The notes beneath the pieces were generated by a model. It was not told the DNA's origin. It saw only the letters and a program-made list of their open reading frames with translations, and did not search any database. A DNA stretch of 64,000 nt. It comes from Callorhinchus milii (lineage: Eukaryota). The stretch is taken from the NCBI RefSeq assembly GCF_018977255.1, contig NW_024704742.1:79672001-79736000 (forward strand), written 5' to 3'. This document shows, piece after piece, positions 52,001 through 61,000 of this stretch (position 1 is the stretch's first letter; the number at the start of each line of letters is the position of its first letter). The position numbers and the translations under genes were made by a program.

Positions 52001-55000
52001 GTTAAATAATAATATTAATCCTTGCATTTGATATAGCGCTTTTCACGTCTTCTAGACGTCTCAAAGTGCTTCACAGAATAGACTGTAAAGTGAATTGACT
52101 GTATATTTGTGGGTGAAATGCAACCACCTCTATTTAATGTTCACCTGCTGTCAATAACCACTGCTGTAAACACCTTTTTTTTAGGTGTGCCCCTTTTCAG
52201 TGGCCAGTTATAAGTTAATTTAAGTGTATTTGCGGGTAATGCATTATCAATTTCCGCAGGCTTGCTTGTAGACTCCCACTGGATTCCTAGTGCAATTACC
52301 AACACTGCGCTCAGCAGCCCACTTGATGCCTCTAACCTTCCACCACACCAGTGAGGCGGAGTTGGTAAATGCGCTAGAAGTCCAGCAGGAGTATGCACAC
52401 TTGCCCATGGAAATTTTAGGTTCGTGGAAATTTTTTTTAAAAAATTCTGCCCTAGGCAATGAGCAAACTAACCCTCACTCAAAGGCCATCCTTACATAAA
52501 GGCCACTTTGGTCCTCTCCCCTGAGCGGTTGCTGAAGACAGATGTTGACTATATAATGGGACATAATGTATATGAAATGACAAGGAGAGGTAGAAAAGCA
52601 TAGATATTTTTAGCTCATCTTTAAATAAAAGTCTGACATACATGAAAGAATGATTGGAGATGGAGTGACTGCAGACATACACAGAAGAAATGCAGGGTTT
52701 ATAAACACTTGAGAACATGAACCATAATGTCCACTTAATGATTCATTGACCAATGCATCTTTTACCCCAAAATATATTACACGTCAACAATGCTTTTAAC
52801 ACTTCACACTTCAACATTGCTATCAAATGGTGGTCCACTTTCGGTGGTTTTGGCAGCAATCACATGTGGCAGAATTTGAAATGAAAGCTTGGCTACTATA
52901 ATAATAATAATAATCCTTGCATTTGAGATAGCGCTTTTCATGTCTTCTTAACGTCTCAAAGCGCTTCACAGAATAGACTGTAAAGTGAATTGACCGTATA
53001 TTTGTGGGCGAAACTAGTGATGTATGATCCTTAGAAAAGCATGGACATCAATATAATCAATTTATAGTGAGTTTATCCACGGTAATGTACAGAGGTAAAT
53101 ATGACACAATAAGGTGTAATATAAAATACAAGGATTATTATTATTATTTTGTGACTAGTTTTCTTTTTCATATTTTATTCTTTGCATTTATATAAAAGCT
53201 ATCAAGTGATATAGTATGATAGATTAACAAACGATTCCATAAAGCTGGGAGTGCTTTTGCCAGTGTTTTGGAGCTGAATTGAGGAGCTCAGTAAGTGTAC
53301 ATGTATTCAACAATTGCTGTTGCATTCATCTCTGTTAGCTCATTGAAGAGAATTCTTCTGATATAAATGTTATATTCGTTCTCAAGTGGATTGGGCTGAT
53401 GTGCACTGGATACTGGCAGAAGTTGCTATTTTTCACTGACTTTGACTTCTGTTACAATTTATCACATTGACTTCTGCATAGCTCTATACACTGCTGTTTT
53501 AAATGATCTTTTCAAACGGCAGTGTGTTCTCAGTTTTTTCTTGATTGAATATTTCTTGATTTATGGCATTAATCAATCAATAAAATGTACTTTGTTCGCT
53601 GAAAATAAAGGTTGGCCACCACTGGCCTAGAGTAAGCTCAAAGTTATGACATGGGGCTTGAACCCACAACCTTCTGGTTCAGAGGTGAGAGTGCTACCAA
53701 CTGAGCCAGGATATTCATAACAACAAAATCAGCAGGTTATAGCATATTTTTGCAATGAATTGGAGAGCAAAGATGCTCACCAAAGAATGAGAGAACCGGC
53801 CAAGGACCAGAATCACCATTTGTGAGACTTTACAACAACCTGGTGCAGCATGCCATTTAAACAGCGCTCAAGGAGGAAAGATGCCTCTTGGCTGAATCTC
53901 ATAGAGGAGGTGGTGTGAGCGAGCAATACACTGGAATTGATGAAACTAGTCAACAAAGCAGGATCTATGAATAATCCAGTGTAGCTGTCCCAATCTGTAT
54001 TCCATGATGAATGGTTGCTCAGTTTAAATTGCAACAGCCCATTAATGAGCATGAAATTGTGACTGTGTCTCGCCTCTAGCTTAATCAACAAGGGGGACTT
54101 TGTTTTTGATTAACCGGGTGTCTGACACATGCAGAAACCCATCACCATGCTTAAGAATATCCAACCAAACTGAGAATAAAGCAACAGCAGTCACGGCAAC
54201 TGGGCAAGTGACTGGTTGGGCTATCAGTTGGCTGAATACAGAGCATCTCATAGCTCCTATGCACTATACGGCTATGATAAAATTAGTAAATGAAGGGGGA
54301 AATTGGGAGAATGCACCTGACAATTCAAGCTTAAGTAAAGAACATGAGCCATAATTAGACAATAGACTTCAGGAAAGTTAGGATTCAAACGTACCCTCGA
54401 GTGGGCTGGATTCTGTAAAGAAATGTACGATACTGTTCATTTGTCTTGGGGAATATACAGCCACTGAACCCTGAAGATCTCTGACTAAGTTTTAAAATTT
54501 GTCATGTCCACACCAGACTATGCCAGTTTACCAATTCTTCCCTCCACAAGCTGCAGATTATTCAAAATTAGCTTGTGTCCTCTCCTGCACTACGCTCCCT
54601 GAACCTATCACCCCCATCCTCACATGGCTCCGTTGGCTCCCCATCCTCCAGAGGACTGAGTTCAAATTCCTTGTCCCCCTATTAAATACCAACCACCCCT
54701 CCACTCTCCAGACACAGGCCTGTTTCACATACCCCACCTGGCCCACCCTAGCATCAGCGGTTGGCATTTCAGCCTTTCTGCTCCCAATCTCTGGAACTCC
54801 ACCTCAGAGTTCCTTCGCCTCACCTCCTTCTCAGATCTGCCTCAAGACTTTCCTCTTTGATTGTGCCTATGGTCACCCTCACCCCCCCTTGACCTATATC
54901 CGTCCTCAATCCAACTCTCAGATTCCTCCTAAAGTGAAAGTTACTATATAAAGATAAATTTGTTGCTGTGAACAAACATTCTTTCACTGTTCACAGGATA

Positions 55001-58000
55001 ACAGCGTTAGAAAGTGCCTCTGCTGGAGTGTGAGTCCATTCATTACACAGGTGTCTTGGGAATCTGTGGATACTGGAAGTGCCATATTCGTCTTACTTTC
55101 AACACAGACTGGATATATTCTAGAGAAACCTGTGAGACAGTCATGGCAAACCAGTTCGCTCTCTGTGTGCATAGGAAGCTGGTACTTTGCAATGGAAGTG
55201 ATAATAGCGGTCACTCAATGGCACAGAAGCAAGACCAGTGGCCACCTTTTCCATGGACCAGTTTTAACGGGGCATCTGCCTAAAAGACTGTGCTTAATCA
55301 CCACTTGAGAATAATAATAATTCTTGCATTTGATGTAGCACCTTATGACTTCATTGCAATGTCTCAAAGCTCTTCACAGTATATATTGCAAAGTGAATCG
55401 ACTATGCTTTGTGGACAAGACATAGCAGCCAATTGCACACAGCAGTATCCCACAAACACTCGTGGATTGAATGACTAAACTGTTTTTGTCCTGTGTAAAC
55501 TCACAGCTTTACACACACAACTAATTTAAAGGAACTCTGAATTATCACAAAAAGGTAACTTGCTCTTGTGCTTCGTGGCCAATTTAGTTTAATTTTTGAT
55601 ACTTTACTGCTAGCAGTTTTAAAATGCAGACAGATAATGGATTATGATACATTAATAAGTTATTCCATGAAGTCTAGGACTGGCACTATGAAGTAATTAC
55701 AGTGTAAGGAAATCAGCAGAGCGTGATTTTATTCACAAGGGATGGAGCTGCCACATAGTGAGTGGCCTGAAGCTCAAATAGAATAAATACATAAGAACGA
55801 AATGAGTTCAGATAGGGATCCAAACATTCAGTAGTGTAACAGCTGTCAACCAACCATTAAAGGATGCCAAGCTACAGCACACCAAGGGATACAAAAGATC
55901 ATTGAGTGTTGGAGCCGTCAGAAATAATCCAAACTTTAACATTTGTGTTTGACTAGTCAAGTGTGGACACATTAACAAAGATAGAAAACTGGTCTAAAGC
56001 AAGCATGTGTACATCATTTTGATGGGCACTTCTACAGTGATATGAGAGCTCTGATTAACTGAAGTCATGTTTCCAACACCAAGCAGCAAAACATTCTTGC
56101 TGGGTTTGGTGCATCATTTCAATGACTTTCTCATTCCATTTCCATCACAAACAAAATCACAAGAAGATTCAGATGAAGAGGAAGAACACTTGATATCAGC
56201 CTTAGTGTGATTCCCCACAGTAATGGCTTCCCATCGCAGCAACAAGCTGTTTCTTAAATAAGTTGTGCCCTGGTTTTAACTCTTCCTGATGACCTCTCTC
56301 TAGTCATTGACTACTCTCTGTATAAAAAACAACTTCATCGTGTCTGTCCTAAAAAAAATTCACAACCCTTCTTTCTGAACCTGTGCCCCTTGATAAACTA
56401 TTGAAAAGTATTGTTCTGCATTTACTTTCCCTATTTTGTTAAATACATATACTGTATACCTTCATAAAAGTACTATTTACTCATTAGTCTTACTTAGTTG
56501 GTATTGCTCTCAATTCTGAGTCAAAAGGAAGAAAGCCTCATAATGGGACTTTGAGCTCATAATCTAAGTTAAGATGACACTCCAATAGGTACTAGCGGAA
56601 CACTGTATTCTCAGAGATAGCATCCTTCAGATGAAATGATAAACCAAGCTCACACCTTTTGGTTCAGGTGGATGTTAAAGATCTTTCATGGCAGACGGAC
56701 ATTTCTGTGTGCAAATTGGCTGCTGCATTGGCCTACAACATACATAGTCACTAACAGTAAAATTTACTGCAGGGGTCTTCAACTGGGCGATCACAGCTGG
56801 TGGCATTTCGCACACACTCAATTAAAACAAGAAAAAGTTGCAATGTTTAGTGCAGTTTAAACATTAAAGTTTATATTTTTATTTCGAGATACATGAAATA
56901 CTTTGTGTGTCTGGCTTCGTTCTCAACCGGATCTAATAACTATGCAGTTCTATTGCTTCTTCCTCTTGTCGTTTTGATCACACTCAAGAGCGCCGCCTAG
57001 TGGTGATCGACCAATGGAGACCCTGAAGCATTTAAACCTGAAGAAGCATTATATCAAACACAAGGATTATTAGTTCAGGTAATTCTTTTCAAAGCTAAAA
57101 ATCATCAGTTAATTTAGCCATTTCTTAGAGGCCATCTGTCCACCACAGGGAAGCAACCTCATGACTTTCCTCTGAACTGCCTCCAGCACCTGAACAGTCT
57201 CCTTCTGTGCTGGCAGCCAGAACTGTACCCTGTGTGAACCTGACCAGAACAATGTAGATCTTCAGCATGACCTCTGGAGATCTGAACTCTACAGTGTTGG
57301 CAATGTGCCTGGCATCTTGTTTCTCTTTGTTTCCAGTTTAATTTGAATTCGCTGAAGTCCTTGCTACAAGAGAACATAGAGGGCCCCAAAAGACGACTGC
57401 ACATCATCTAGGTGTCAGGTTCCAAAAAGTCAAAAATAAATCTACACTAATCTTTCTCTTATTCCCTTCAATCATTTTCATTACCAAATATAATGGCTGT
57501 GTATTTTCTCTTGAATTTACTGATGCAAACTGACTCTATCACCTTCCTGGCATTCCACATATTCATCACTCCACTTAAAATAATGAAATTTGGACTCTCT
57601 GTTCACCTCCCTCTTCTGAGCTTGAGTTCCCTGTTTTACCTTTATTTCTAACCATGTTAAGATGTTATTAGATCATTTTTCCCTTTAGGATTTTCAATAT
57701 TTCATTAAGATCTTCCCTGAAGGGAAACACAGGTAGCAGAATTCAAGACCTCCTGCAAATCTACGAAATATATATTTCTCTATTCAGAATCTTTCCACAG
57801 CAAAGGTGGGCCTTTGTTTCATATGCCAGGTTAATTACTGTGATTGCCCTAAATTGGGTTAACCAATTGTAGCAGCAGAAATTGTACAGATATTTCCCCC
57901 ATCTTCAATGAACTGGTATATCCCAGGGGATTTTCAGGGATTATTCATTTGATCAGGGACAATTCATGTCACAAATTACGGTAGTGCCAAAGGCAGCATT

Positions 58001-61000
58001 TTGTCATTTGCAGAAGGCAGGAGGTATGAAGGCAATTGTTTTTATACAGTAGGTAATATAGTAACACGGTCATACACCTCAAACGGGAGTGTAAGCATGA
58101 AGCAACATATAGCCATCATGGGGTGCCACATTCAGTGAGTGTGGTAGCTTCAGTGCGCTGGCAGTTTAACTAACCAAATCTCAAGCAGCTTGCATGCTGA
58201 TAAGCATTGTGTATTAGGCAATATGCCATTCACTTCATGCCCGTTTGTGCGGCATAGCTGTGTGCAAATGGCTGCTGCATTGGCCGACAAAATACAGTCA
58301 CTAAACGTTACGGTATATACTGTAAAGCACTTTGAGACGTCCTCCTGATGTATAAGGTGCTACATGAAATGTAAGGATTTTTTTGTCTAATTGTGCTGAG
58401 TGAGGTCGCGTACATATGCATATTTTTTCAACCCACCTCCCATTGCCTCTGCAAAACTAACAATCCATTTCAGAATTTGGAAATGTCTTCCAAGCAGGCT
58501 GTTCAATTTTTTCCCCCACAGGCAGGAGAGAGACACTATTCAGGCTTACTTACTTGGCCTTGACTGAGCACCAATGTGTGTCATGATTTCAGCTCTCCAA
58601 GGATCCTCATCATCAACATTTACAGCATGCCCAATGAACACCTGGAATTAACATACCTTAGAGCTGGAGCACTACCTGTGGCAGTGAAGGTAATTGCAGT
58701 TATCACCTTGAACAGTGAGCTCCTTTCCACATGTCACAAAGGGGAGGGTGGTTACAGGTACTGTGTAGTACATAAGGTCAAAAGTGTCCTTAGCAGGGGA
58801 GAGGGACAATACCGTAGAGGAGAGGAAAAATCAGGTTCTGAAAACCTAAGAGCTATGAAAATCACTGGAAAATCTGATTGTGAAATTGGTTGGAAACTGT
58901 ACAAATATAGATGTGGCTACAATTCTAAGTTGATGAGCAGAGATGGTGCCAAGCATCGTGTGATATTACATTCATTAGGTAATAGCTAATTTTCCCCTGG
59001 CTTTTCTTTTTTATCTTCAATATTCAAGAAATTGGTGCAGTTTCATTTTTGAATGCGGAGACTGATGAACTGATAGCTCTTGAGGGAACTATAATTATGT
59101 GCTCAAGCCAAAACTAGCTACTGAAACCTAGTTCTGATATGTCAGTTCAATTTATCATTGGGAGTAAATGAGTTACTGCCAATAAAAAGATACCACTCCC
59201 ACAGATCAGTGCATATTTAGTGTCTTTAAGTACCTTTAATGATTCCCTGCAGGAGGAATCCCCAATGTCTTAAAAATATTTTTTTTTAAAAAAATGTTTC
59301 ATTAGGGTCACATTCAAGACAAAAATCACACACAGGAAATGAAATGTTTACGGGCATCCTGTGGTATCGTTTACATTTCGAAACACAGGTGATTTATACA
59401 CAGTGCGCACAGAGTACTACACATCATTCCACAACCAGCAGATCTTTAAAGACTTCAACAGCCACGTCGTCAAGAGAGTAATGTACTCAACGTACTTCTA
59501 GTTCAGATGGCTGATAAGATTATTCTTGCGGCTGGTAGGGTTGATCAGAATGCGGGATAAGTTTGGTCACTTCTTAATCTTGTCAGTAGGTGGGATCCTC
59601 AACCATGCGGAAAATAACAGTTCTATCTGTGTCATCTCTATGTTACATGCTTCCAGCCAACTGATCAATGAACCAGTATGTATATCTGAAACCAACCCAA
59701 TAGGGCTGGTTTTAATATCTTCAGACAGACATAAACAAGCCGCAGCACATTTAATTTGCCTCCAAAGGTCTATTTCATTTTCCTTTAACGTAATTGCTAC
59801 TTTCTGTTTCAAATTACTTGGAAAAGAAAGCTTTAAAAATGTATGTGGTTATCGTTACAGTATCCAGGGTAGCATACAATGACAAATTTAGAAGATTCGT
59901 GTTTGAATGCAGTTATATGTAAACAATATATTGTTTAGTGCTCTGAAACACATTGCCCAGTGCTCTAGCTGTGTTAGTAGAATACAGAATTCCTACGTGC
60001 AGAATGTTTGTTTGAATCCCAGCCTTAACTACCCACAAAAAAAATTGCTTCAGGGATTCTTGGTTGACGAATTGCATGAAATGCTTTCTGCTAGCAGAGT
60101 CCCATCTCTCAGAAGAAAAAACAAAGAAAATAGCAAGGAGGCAGCCTATTTCATCAGGAAATATTGCTCACCATGTCAAAACAGTGTGAGGCAGACAGCA
60201 ATAAACAAGGTAAACAGAATGCTAGGTTATATTGCCAAATCAGTTGAGTTCAGATCCCCAGAAGTCATATTCAAATATCTAGTGCTCTGGTCAGGCCACA
60301 CTTAGAGTACTGTGTACATTTCTAGTTGCCACAACATAAAGCGGATGTGCAGACCCGAGAGCCAGTCAAACAGAGCAATGAGGATGATCTCCCACGTTAG
60401 AGGAATGAATTTTGAGCAACAATTACACAAACTAGGGCTCTTCAGTCTTGAAAGGAGATGTCTGACAAGACATGTTTGGACATGTACAAAATTTTAAATA
60501 GGATTGAGAAAGTAAAAGCAGAACAATAATGTTGAATGCACTAAGACACAACAACAAGAAGCAAATTTAGAGTTGCAAAGGGCAATTTCAGGCAGGTATT
60601 AGGAAGTATTTATTTACCTACAAGGTAACTAACGGCTAGAACAGGTTATCAGAAAGTGTAGCTGGGGTCAGGACACTGGAATCATTTTATAGCTTGATGC
60701 TGTGAAGGGAGGACAGTAGGATGGATATTCTGGAAAGATGAGATCAGATGAGCCAAAGGGCCTTCTTCATTCAAACCAACCATGCTATCGTGTGAGGAGC
60801 ACAAAAAGACTGTGATGTGTGTCACTGAGCAATCATTGAATAGGACTAACTGGTCCCATTCTCCCAACCTGAAGGAGGACAGCAATTGACAAAACTCAGT
60901 AAATGGGTTTATGCATTAAGAGAAGGGACATAAAATAAGTGATCCACGTCGAGCCTTTATCATATGATTGTTCAGTCACTACGCCCTGAGGCTTTGGAAC

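Noticed and set aside
52496..58642. Candidate extra exons at about 58554-58641, 55097-55129 and 52496-52548
   Set aside because: The splice-like sites are plausible, but the peptides are mostly not coil-like and the heptad register is already continuous across the 62422 to 51525 join.
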